Shown here: positions 16,606 to 25,103 of the stretch, in pieces
How positions within the stretch are numbered: position 1 is the first letter of the stretch
Layout: each line of letters starts with the position of its first letter
The notes under the pieces: model-generated
Told to the model about the DNA's origin: nothing
The model's database searches: none
Seen by the model: the letters and a program-made list of their open reading frames with translations, nothing else
Translations under genes and position numbers: made by a program
IMG/VR virus record: IMGVR_UViG_3300023179_000002
Coordinates: 1-50,720 of that record
Length of the DNA stretch: 50,720 nt
Origin: a virus
Lineage: Duplodnaviria; Caudoviricetes
Reading direction: 5' to 3' (one strand)

Positions 16606-18560
16606 AAAATAACTTACCTGAAGTTCAGTTTTTCCCCGTTACGCAGTTCCCTTCAGGGCTGTACCAAGCCAAGGTGGTGTCTCTGGACACTGAAACGTGT
16701 GACCCGAACCTGCTAAACATCGGTCCAGGCTGGACAAGGCGCACGGGGGATAAAGCCGACGGGTTTATCGCTGGGGTGTCTTTCGCGTGGGAAGAAAATG
16801 GACAGATACAGACCTGTTATATTGCCTTGGCCCATGAGGGCGGCGACAACACTGAGGGGTGGGACACTATCGGTGCGCTGTCGCAATTTATATCGTCGTT
16901 TAAAGGACAATGGATCTTGACTAACGGTATGTACGACCGTGGCTGGCTGCGATCGATGGGAATTGAGTTTCATCCCGAAGCAGCACTTTGGGATGTGCAA
17001 TGGGCAGAAGCTTTATTGGACGAAAATAAACAAAGCTATCGATTGGCTGCGCTGGCGGTAGCTTATGGGTTGCCCCCAAAGGATGAGACGCTATTGACAA
17101 GCGCGGCAAAAGCCATGGGCTACAATCCGAAAAGCGAGCTTTATAAATTACCAGGCCGTTATGTCGCCCCTTACGCGGAGCAAGACGCACGTCTTGCTTT
17201 ACAAATTTTCCGCCAGCAGGAACCTGAGATCGTTGCCCAGGGGCTTACTAAAGTTTTGGAGCTGGAGCACGACCTTCATCCTTTACTTTTAGAGATGCGG
17301 TGGCGGGGCGTTCGAGTGGATTTGGATTTAGCCGAGCGAAAGAAGACAGAGTATAACAAAGAATACGAAACCGCACGGGACGACATCGCAAGGCTTGTGG
17401 GGTTCCCCGTCGAGGTGTTTGCTGCGGAATCAGTTTCCCGCGCCTTTACCGCGCAGGGCATAGATTTTCCGCGCACAGGAACCGGTAAACCTTCTTTCAC
17501 AGAACCTTGGCTTGCCGCAAATCCAACGGACCTCGGAAAATTAGTTACGAAAGCAAGAAAATATTACAAAGCCGCCAACACCTTTTGCGGCAACATGATC
17601 ATGGATCATGCTCACAATGGCAGAGTGCATTGTGATTTCCATCCTTTACGTTCCGACGAAGGAGGAACAGTGTCGGGAAGGTTCAGTAGCAGCGACCCAA
17701 ACTTGCAGCAGGTTCCTGCCCGTGACCCCGCGATTGGTACCGCAATCCGCAGTATGTTTTTACCCGAAGAAGGCCAGCTTTGGGCGAGTTGCGATTACTC
17801 GCAGCAAGAGCCAAGGCTCACGGTGCATTATGCGGCGAAACTTGGGCTATACCGCGCAGATTTTGCGGCGAATAAATACAACCAAGAACCAGATACAGAC
17901 TACCATAGCTTTGTGGCATCGCTCGTGTTCGGCGAAAATTTTACGCCAGACCAGCGTAAAAAGGCCAAGACGATTAATCTGGGTTTAGCCTATGGCATGG
18001 GCGGTGCGAAACTCTGTAAACAACTTGGCTTGCCCACGCAGCAGAAAAAATTTTCCTTCAGAGAAGGTTTAATGGAAGTTGCAGGACCAGAAGGAGAAGA
18101 GTTGTTTCGACGGTATCACGAAGAAGTTCCGTTCATCAAGCTTTTGTCCAAAGAGCTTACTAATCTTGCAGCGGAACGTGGTTATATTACAACCTTGTCT
18201 GGACGCAGATGTCGTTTTGATATGTGGGAACCCTTCCACGGCGGACGTGCTCTCCCTCGGGAAGAGGCGGAAAAACAATTTGGTCTTGGGATAAAACGTG
18301 CGTTTACATACAAAGCTCTCAATCGCAAGATTCAAGGCGGAAGTGCAGACATGATAAAAGTTTCTTTACGAAACTTGATGAGGGAGGGAATTACCCCCCT
18401 GCTCACGATCCATGACGAAAATTGTTTTTCAGTTGCCGATGCGGCTGAGGCAAAACGGTGTGCAGAGATTATGCAAAACTGCGTAAAACTTCTCGTACCT
18501 TTGAAGGTGGATATGGATATTGGCCGTAGTTGGGGCGAAGCTAAACCCGTGGAGGAATGA
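16602..18560 (+). CDS. DNA polymerase family A with 3'-5' exonuclease
   Basis: DTET exo I, SGRFSSSDPNLQQ, DYSQQEPR motif A, KTINLGLAYG motif B, IHDE motif C. Confidence 0.95.
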   Translation: MKNNLPEVQFFPVTQFPSGLYQAKVVSLDTETCDPNLLNIGPGWTRRTGDKADGFIAGVSFAWEENGQIQTCYIALAHEGGDNTEGWDTIGALSQFISSFKGQWILTNGMYDRGWLRSMGIEFHPEAALWDVQWAEALLDENKQSYRLAALAVAYGLPPKDETLLTSAAKAMGYNPKSELYKLPGRYVAPYAEQDARLALQIFRQQEPEIVAQGLTKVLELEHDLHPLLLEMRWRGVRVDLDLAERKKTEYNKEYETARDDIARLVGFPVEVFAAESVSRAFTAQGIDFPRTGTGKPSFTEPWLAANPTDLGKLVTKARKYYKAANTFCGNMIMDHAHNGRVHCDFHPLRSDEGGTVSGRFSSSDPNLQQVPARDPAIGTAIRSMFLPEEGQLWASCDYSQQEPRLTVHYAAKLGLYRADFAANKYNQEPDTDYHSFVASLVFGENFTPDQRKKAKTINLGLAYGMGGAKLCKQLGLPTQQKKFSFREGLMEVAGPEGEELFRRYHEEVPFIKLLSKELTNLAAERGYITTLSGRRCRFDMWEPFHGGRALPREEAEKQFGLGIKRAFTYKALNRKIQGGSADMIKVSLRNLMREGITPLLTIHDENCFSVADAAEAKRCAEIMQNCVKLLVPLKVDMDIGRSWGEAKPVEE

Positions 18561-18561
18561 C

Positions 18562-18960
18562 ATGGATCGGTTAGAACTTAAAGCTTACGACACGTTGAAG
18601 GGGATATACCCTTCTCCTCGCACAGATTGGCAACGGATCGAAGGCTGGGCTACAACAGGAGCTCCAGACACGAATGCTTGCCACAAAGGCGTGGAAGCAT
18701 GGTTTGAATTTAAGTATATTGACGCCTCGGTGCAGGGTCAGGCTCTTGTAAAAGCCAAGTTTCGTCCCGCGCAACTTGCGTGGATTACACGCCGCGTCAA
18801 ATGCAGGGGACGTGTATACATTGTGTTACAATTCCGTGACGGGATGCTTATTGTTCCAGGGTCAAGGGTCAAGGATTTATCGGAAGGGGTGCGGGTTCCT
18901 ATGCTTAAAGAGTGGGCGATTGCACCTGCCCGTATCTTTGAAAATTTGGTTGCAAATTAA
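18562..18960 (+). CDS. VRR-NUC/PD-(D/E)xK nuclease (resolvase-like)
   Basis: RIE..TGAPD...WFEFK...RPAQ.AW; GGAGG RBS. Confidence 0.8.
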   Translation: MDRLELKAYDTLKGIYPSPRTDWQRIEGWATTGAPDTNACHKGVEAWFEFKYIDASVQGQALVKAKFRPAQLAWITRRVKCRGRVYIVLQFRDGMLIVPGSRVKDLSEGVRVPMLKEWAIAPARIFENLVAN

Positions 18961-19004
18961 GATGAAGTACGATACGTTGCCTGTAGACCGCTAGAGAGAA
19001 ACGA

Positions 19005-20495
19005 ATGTCTGTTCCCATTACTTTACCGAGAGATCAGCTCTTCAAGACGGTGCCTTATCAGCACCAAATTGAAGCTCTCATGCTTTCGCGAGAGCAAACT
19101 AATTTTGCTCTTTTAATGGAGATGGGCACAGGGAAATCAAAGGTCGTTATTGATACAGCCAGTTATCTATTTTCGCAAGGGAAGATAAATTGCTTAGTTG
19201 TCATGTCTCCTAAAAGCGTGACACGTGGGTGGTCTACTCAACAAGTCGAGGCTCATTTACCTAATGAGATTGATCGAATTGTTTTGACATGGGGGGATCC
19301 CATGCGAAAATTTAGGGACCAGGAAGAGTGGTTCTTCGAGGACAATAAAAATCTTATGACGACGCTTCGTGTATTTTCGATGAACGTGGAAGCAGTAGCC
19401 ACAGATAAAGGTTATGACTACCTAGAAAAAATTTTACGCAGCTTCCGCTGTCTGCTTGTAGTGGATGAGGCAACGACAATAAAAAACCCCAGTGCTAAAA
19501 GAACTAAGGCTTTAACAAAGTTAGGTAAGCTTGCAAAATACCGGCGTATCTTAACTGGTACGCCCGTGACAAATTCTCCTTTGGATGTGTATGCCCCTTT
19601 CAATTTTCTTGAAGAGGGCCTTCTTCAATGCACAAGTTTTATTTCCTTTCGGAACCGCTATGCCGTGACACGGAAAAGGCAGGTTAATGGACGTGCCTTT
19701 GATGAAGTGGTTGGTTACCAGCGTTTAGATGAATTACAAAAACTAATATCCAAAGTTAGTTTCCGTGCCTTGAAGAAAGATTGTCTTGATTTGCCTGAGA
19801 AGATATACACGACCCGTTACATCGAATTGACTCCAGAGCAGCGAGCTTACTACAAAAGCCTCAAAGAGGATGCGCTTGCATGGTTATCCAATGGGGATTT
19901 AGTGACAGCTCCCCTAGTTATAACGCGGTTGCTACGCTTCAGACAATGCTTGTGCAACATAGCGCCTACTGAGGATAAAGACACGTTGAAGCTTTCTGCT
20001 CACAGTCCTCGGGCAGACGAGGTGATGAAGATACTTGAAGAGACGCAGGGGCAAAAAGTTATTATCTGGTCCAATTTCATTCCAAGTATTAACAACTTAG
20101 CTAACCTCATTGCGGAGACGTATGGGCCCGATAGCGTGGCTAAGATATACGGAGACATCTCCGGCCCAGACAGACAAAGTATCGTAGAGCGTTTTCAGGA
20201 CAGTAACAACCCTTTATCTTATATCGTATCCAATCCACGTACGGGAGGTTTTGGTATCACACTAACCGCCGCTACCGTGGTTATCTACCATGACCACGAC
20301 TGGTCCTTAGAGGTGCGCTTGCAGTCAGAGGACCGTTGTCATCGCATCGGGCAAAAACACAATGTCACCTACATCGATCTCGTGTCCCCTGGCACAATCG
20401 ATGAGAAGATTGTAGGGGCACTGCGCCGCAAAGAGGATCTTGCGTCCCAAGTGTCGGGGGACAATCTACGTAAAATTTTGGAGGATCATGGCTGA
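19005..20495 (+). CDS. SNF2-family helicase
   Basis: MGTGKS, VVDEA, LTGTP, QSEDRCHRIGQ. Confidence 0.93.
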   Translation: MSVPITLPRDQLFKTVPYQHQIEALMLSREQTNFALLMEMGTGKSKVVIDTASYLFSQGKINCLVVMSPKSVTRGWSTQQVEAHLPNEIDRIVLTWGDPMRKFRDQEEWFFEDNKNLMTTLRVFSMNVEAVATDKGYDYLEKILRSFRCLLVVDEATTIKNPSAKRTKALTKLGKLAKYRRILTGTPVTNSPLDVYAPFNFLEEGLLQCTSFISFRNRYAVTRKRQVNGRAFDEVVGYQRLDELQKLISKVSFRALKKDCLDLPEKIYTTRYIELTPEQRAYYKSLKEDALAWLSNGDLVTAPLVITRLLRFRQCLCNIAPTEDKDTLKLSAHSPRADEVMKILEETQGQKVIIWSNFIPSINNLANLIAETYGPDSVAKIYGDISGPDRQSIVERFQDSNNPLSYIVSNPRTGGFGITLTAATVVIYHDHDWSLEVRLQSEDRCHRIGQKHNVTYIDLVSPGTIDEKIVGALRRKEDLASQVSGDNLRKILEDHG

Positions 20496-20658
20496 TATTA
20501 TTGAATTGCGCCCTGGGTATACGCGGCGAAAACTTTCGGAGTTAGAACGCTCTTTGATATATAGCCAAGTGGCGATGGCCTTGGTAGGGTTGTACCAATA
20601 CCAAGCGTTGCTTCACGCGCTGGAAATCCTCCGGAGGCCCATTTCCCATGAACAATAA
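20488..20658 (+). CDS. Hypothetical protein
   Basis: GGAGG RBS before MADII. Confidence 0.5.
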   Translation: MADIIELRPGYTRRKLSELERSLIYSQVAMALVGLYQYQALLHALEILRRPISHEQ

Positions 20659-20875
20659 CATGGTAGTTTCCGAAACTTCTGCAAAACTAAAATACATATC
20701 GAGTGCTGTGCTCGAATCTTTATGTATGGCCCATTTAAAAACGCTATGTAAAGAGCTTCTGGCTCATTTACCTAACCAACCGGTCGTGTTTGATGCACAA
20801 GATGTCTTGACAATTACCTTAACTCTCAAAACAGGAGAACCCTATGGTGAACCGTCTAACCCCACAAAAAATTAA
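20648..20875 (+). CDS. Hypothetical protein
   Basis: GGAGG upstream; operon packing. Confidence 0.5.
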   Translation: MNNNMVVSETSAKLKYISSAVLESLCMAHLKTLCKELLAHLPNQPVVFDAQDVLTITLTLKTGEPYGEPSNPTKN

Positions 20876-21188
20876 ATCGTTCAACGAAAGATTGCTTACA
20901 CTGGATAGTATTCGGGCCGAGATTGATCGTGTACAACAACTGAAGCAACTTTACCCTGAAAGCGCAAACAAACTTTTTGTTGCTATTGTGAGTACGAGTC
21001 CTCTCCGACAAACTCCTCGCGCGGACGGAACAGCGGACGTCCATTATCATCTTACGGATGAACAATGCTCATACTACGAGCTACCGCTGACAGTAGAGAA
21101 ATTGCTCAGTCAAGTTCTAAATGGGTTGCGAGACAAACTGAAAGCCCAGAAAAAACTTCTTCAAGACGATGGGGTTGAGATTGAATAA
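20844..21188 (+). CDS. Hypothetical protein
   Basis: AGGAG RBS. Confidence 0.6.
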   Translation: MVNRLTPQKIKSFNERLLTLDSIRAEIDRVQQLKQLYPESANKLFVAIVSTSPLRQTPRADGTADVHYHLTDEQCSYYELPLTVEKLLSQVLNGLRDKLKAQKKLLQDDGVEIE

Positions 21189-23214
21189 CTTAGCTAAAAC
21201 AGCTGTGGAACTGGAGTCTCTGGAACGTCTGCTTACATCCGGCAAATCTATTTATGCTTATGCCGTCTCTGTCTGCCCTCTTTTGACTGATGAGGAATTG
21301 AACAACGAACATCGTGTTCTGCAACAATACTTTAGTTCCCATAAATTCAGTCTACTGCCTCGACTAGAGCGTCACCGTGGCAACACAACGGAGCGGCGAA
21401 TTTTGATCTTTTGTAGCGGCGGTATTGGGGACACTTTACAGATTGCACCGATTGCCGAAAAGTTGCGGCAGACGTATGCGCCATGCGTCATTTTCGTGTG
21501 TGGCACAAGTTCCCGTCAGGTACACACTCTTCGGTACTTTCCATTCATTGACGAGGCAGGTTTTATTTCGCAGAACCGGCAGCAAAGGGCAAAACTTATA
21601 AAGGCTCTTCGGCGAATAGATTTGTTCGATTTAATCGTTGATTGGTCTTATGTCTCCATCCCTTACGAGGGGAACGGTGGAAGAATCCCTGTAGCGAAAA
21701 AGATACTGAAAGAAAAGGAAGTTCTTCTTCATCTGGCCAACTGCGGCCCTTACCTAGACCATTATCTGGTAGAAAAGCTGGTTGCTGAGGGCATAAACAG
21801 AACACAGGCGTCATTCACGTTGCTTTCGGAACTAGCCCCTCTGCCAACGTCTCCTTTTCCGATTTTGGACGAACATTTAAGTGTCCTGCAAGGGTTTAAT
21901 CTGGTTTCAGAGAAGTATATCACGTGTACGGCAGGGTATGGTCGGAACGACAACTCACGGGAACTATCAACGAAAACTCCGCCGCTTCCTCTGTTTAATA
22001 AGTGTCTCACAGAGATAAAAAACGGCACGGGGGCCAAGATCGTGAGCCTCGGTTCTTGCGATGATCCAATGCTTGATTGTGACCTTGATTTGCGGGGGAG
22101 AACATCTCTTGGACAGACCACAGCTATATTAAAAAATGCCGCTTTACATATAGGCCCAGAGGGCGGTCTTGTGCATTTAGCCAAAACTGTAGGAACAAAA
22201 AGCCTTGTGTTTTTCGGGCCTACGCCAGAGAAATTTTTTGGCTATGCGGATAATTACAATGTTCACTTGCCTAGTGAAAGCTCCTGCCGTAGCTGCTGGT
22301 GGCAAACAGAGAACTGGTTAACCGAATGTGCCGCCGGAACACATGAATGCCTCACGGAGCCTAGGCTGTACGCTCAGGCCTCGCGTGTCGCACAAGAACA
22401 CCTGTCGGAAAAGCCCACAAAGGATAAAGTGCAAATTAAGCAAGCAGATTTGTTCTTAGAAATAGCCCAACAAGACGTAACACTTCTCAATGACCTGCTA
22501 ACTAGAAATATATCGTACTTTCCGGACACGTCAGCTGTTTTAATCGACAAAGCTACTTTAGGTAAATCCCATATTTTTACGTCCAATCGAATGTATATCC
22601 ACGGCTCAAAACAATGGGAGTACCCGAAAATACTTTCTGCTTTCTCTGCTAAAGGCCGATCCATCGATGCGGGTGGCGGACGGGGGCTGTTGAGTTTTGA
22701 TCTTGCCGTAACCCAAGGGAGAGATCATCACCTGTACGACATAAATTTTAACTGGGATACGCAGAATATTCATGGTGTGTGGTGGTTTGAACAGAACATG
22801 AGGAACTATCGATACGCCTCTATTTACAACCTCCCTGAGGGGGATAACGCCGTCGATACAGTCCTATGCGCCAGTGTGCTGGAGCATGTCCAGCACCACA
22901 AAAAAGGGTTGCAGGAACTGCTTCGAGTTACGAAGCCGGACGGAGATGTTCTTTTAACTTTCGATATCACCACGAGGCGGCATTTTGATAAAGTTTCCTG
23001 CGGCTTGCGAAATAACATTTTTACAGTCGACAGTCTTAACGATTGTTTAAGGGAGTGGGGAGAGAAATGCCCTTGGGCCGAGCGGGACATTGAGGACAGC
23101 ATTGAAGCCGCGCAAAGGAACGCTATTTATGGGATTCCTTATGGATTAACCTTTGGGTTTTTACACTTAAAAAAGAGACAAGTCCCAAGGCCTATGGTAC
23201 AATCGGCACCATGA
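21169..23214 (+). CDS. Glycosyltransferase family 9 fused to a class I SAM methyltransferase
   Basis: GGIGD, DLRGRTSL, EGGLVHLA, FGPT, Cys cluster; then DAGGGRG and SVLEHV..RV.KP.G. Confidence 0.85.
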   Translation: MGLRLNNLAKTAVELESLERLLTSGKSIYAYAVSVCPLLTDEELNNEHRVLQQYFSSHKFSLLPRLERHRGNTTERRILIFCSGGIGDTLQIAPIAEKLRQTYAPCVIFVCGTSSRQVHTLRYFPFIDEAGFISQNRQQRAKLIKALRRIDLFDLIVDWSYVSIPYEGNGGRIPVAKKILKEKEVLLHLANCGPYLDHYLVEKLVAEGINRTQASFTLLSELAPLPTSPFPILDEHLSVLQGFNLVSEKYITCTAGYGRNDNSRELSTKTPPLPLFNKCLTEIKNGTGAKIVSLGSCDDPMLDCDLDLRGRTSLGQTTAILKNAALHIGPEGGLVHLAKTVGTKSLVFFGPTPEKFFGYADNYNVHLPSESSCRSCWWQTENWLTECAAGTHECLTEPRLYAQASRVAQEHLSEKPTKDKVQIKQADLFLEIAQQDVTLLNDLLTRNISYFPDTSAVLIDKATLGKSHIFTSNRMYIHGSKQWEYPKILSAFSAKGRSIDAGGGRGLLSFDLAVTQGRDHHLYDINFNWDTQNIHGVWWFEQNMRNYRYASIYNLPEGDNAVDTVLCASVLEHVQHHKKGLQELLRVTKPDGDVLLTFDITTRRHFDKVSCGLRNNIFTVDSLNDCLREWGEKCPWAERDIEDSIEAAQRNAIYGIPYGLTFGFLHLKKRQVPRPMVQSAP

Positions 23215-23489
23215 CAATGAGGCGACCCATCTACCTTGTGAAGTGGGAAGACCCCGTAACAAGCGGGATTGGTTGGCGGTCAGACGATGAAATTCATAGC
23301 CATAAACCTGCTTTGGTTTACAGCGTAGGCACCATTACGCGGCGGACGAAAACACAGTTGACGATTGTAAGTAGCTGGAACGAAGCGGGAGGGAAAGATG
23401 GTGACACAACTTTACCGCTAGGGGTAATTAAAGAGATTATTCTTTTGTGTCCGGCACCGAAAAAGACGAATAAAAAGAAGAAAGCGTAG
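23211..23489 (+). CDS. Conserved phage protein
   Basis: V.WED...W...SVG pattern. Confidence 0.7.
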   Translation: MTMRRPIYLVKWEDPVTSGIGWRSDDEIHSHKPALVYSVGTITRRTKTQLTIVSSWNEAGGKDGDTTLPLGVIKEIILLCPAPKKTNKKKKA

Positions 23490-23706
23490 ATAAACGTGCC
23501 CGACAAATCTCAAGGGCGGGGGCAAGTTCCGTGACTAAATACTCCCCAAGTTCTTGTTCGGTCGTATAGACGTTGGGCACCGGAAAAGGCGGAGCGGATT
23601 GTAGAGGCTCAGGGAGCGGGGGGATATTGCAGGTTTGAACCGAGGGCTGTGTCGCGCAGCTCGTTAAGATAGAAAGTAAAGCCAGGGGCCAGAGGGTCTT
23701 TATCAT
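23437..23706 (-). CDS. Outer-membrane spanin (Rz1-like lipoprotein)
   Basis: Signal peptide with lipobox LTSC, Pro-rich, overlaps the i-spanin. Confidence 0.75.
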   Translation of the reverse strand: MIKTLWPLALLSILTSCATQPSVQTCNIPPLPEPLQSAPPFPVPNVYTTEQELGEYLVTELAPALEICRARLSTLSSFYSSFSVPDTKE

Positions 23707-24019
23707 TGTTCTGTTTCAACCTTTCTTTTAGAGCATGGGCACGTTCCTTGACGGCTTTTTCCTTAGCCACGAGGGAGCCCAAGGCTTGTTTTCGCAAGGC
23801 TTCAATCTGCTGCTGACCTAATGAATTGGCTTCCTGTAAAGCACTGATATAAGTTTTTTGTGCGCTAATCTCCGCTTTATTCGCGGAAATTTGCTCGCCT
23901 CTCCAGAACCACCACAAGAAGAAAAGACAAGCAATAATATACGGCAGGAATTTATAAACGGCGGCCCAGTCTACTTTAATGCCCCCTAGAAAAGACGACA
24001 GAAACCTAAGCCCCAGCAT
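23609..24019 (-). CDS. Inner-membrane spanin (Rz-like)
   Basis: N-terminal TM then coiled coil, downstream of the endolysin. Confidence 0.7.
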   Translation of the reverse strand: MLGLRFLSSFLGGIKVDWAAVYKFLPYIIACLFFLWWFWRGEQISANKAEISAQKTYISALQEANSLGQQQIEALRKQALGSLVAKEKAVKERAHALKERLKQNNDKDPLAPGFTFYLNELRDTALGSNLQYPPAP

Positions 24020-24293
24020 CTTTGGCACTTTGGTGGCTTGCCATGGTGGCAATCGTTGTGTCTTTGTCTCGGCTACTTTTACTGCTGCCGTAATAGTAGG
24101 CCGCCACCATCGTGGCCAGCGCATTAGTGTACCCTGTGACGTTGCCGATCAGGAGCAGCATATTCGGGTCCGAGGTTTGAATCTTCCCCGACAAAACAAG
24201 GTACACGTTTACAAAAAACCCCGCGAGGATGGTCAGAGACAGTAATCCGACCCACAGATCTTTGACAAACTCACGTGACAGGCTTGTTATCAT
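24006..24293 (-). CDS. Putative holin
   Basis: Two TM segments and YYYGSS..S..KD motif. Confidence 0.65.
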   Translation of the reverse strand: MITSLSREFVKDLWVGLLSLTILAGFFVNVYLVLSGKIQTSDPNMLLLIGNVTGYTNALATMVAAYYYGSSKSSRDKDTTIATMASHQSAKDAGA

Positions 24294-24786
24294 TACGTCC
24301 TACCGGAAAAGGGTTAAGGCCAGATTCTCTGCAAAACATTGCAACATCAAAACACGGACAGGATTTAAGCCACTCATGTTTCTCCACGACGCCATCTCCG
24401 TCTTTATCCGGCGATAAGTCACGGTGCCCAACAATCGAGGCTTGAGGGTAGCGTTCTTGTAGTTTTTCTAGCAAAACATGCAAAGAAAAAAACTGTTCTT
24501 CCGTAAAGTTATTTTCAGCCGCGCCTCGCGCATTGATGCCCCCGACCAAACATATCCCGATGCTCACATTATTAAATCCTTGTACATGGGCCCCTACTTG
24601 GTTTTCGGGACGTCCAGCCTCAAGGTCTCCGTTTCTTCTGATCACGTAGTGATAGCCGATGTCACTGAATTTTCGTTCATTAACATGGATAGCTCGAATT
24701 GCGCTCGCTGATAAATCTGAAGTTGGCGGAGAAGCAGAACAATGAACAACAATGAAATTGGTACGAAGTCGCAAGAGCGGCTTCAT
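24271..24786 (-). CDS. Endolysin, N-acetylmuramoyl-L-alanine amidase (T7 lysozyme type)
   Basis: IVVHCSA, IGYHYVI, GAHV.G.N..SIGIC, GHRD, K.CPCF. Confidence 0.95.
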   Translation of the reverse strand: MKPLLRLRTNFIVVHCSASPPTSDLSASAIRAIHVNERKFSDIGYHYVIRRNGDLEAGRPENQVGAHVQGFNNVSIGICLVGGINARGAAENNFTEEQFFSLHVLLEKLQERYPQASIVGHRDLSPDKDGDGVVEKHEWLKSCPCFDVAMFCRESGLNPFPVGRNDNKPVT

Positions 24787-25103
24787 TGGGCGGGCGCTTT
24801 CGCGGGGCTCAAAGACTGCTGAATACTGCGTAAAAGCTCGATCTGTACAGTCATACGTTCTTCGATGCGTGCCAATCTTTCCGCCAGTTGTTGTGCAGAG
24901 GTTTCTGATTTTTCTTTGAACGATTCAAGTGTGACAATTCGTCGGTTATGTTCCGCGATAATTTGTTTCTGCTCTCCCCAGATGATTAACCCGCCACCTA
25001 ACTGGGCGAGAAGAGCAACCAGTACGGCAATCGGGAGCCGTTTATCCAAGGTCCAATGGGTAAAATCAGGACCTTTCACAGAAGGCTTTTTAGCCATTGT
25101 CAC
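24783..25103 (-). CDS. Membrane protein of lysis region
   Basis: One TM plus coiled coil. Confidence 0.65.
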   Translation of the reverse strand: MTMAKKPSVKGPDFTHWTLDKRLPIAVLVALLAQLGGGLIIWGEQKQIIAEHNRRIVTLESFKEKSETSAQQLAERLARIEERMTVQIELLRSIQQSLSPAKAPAQ

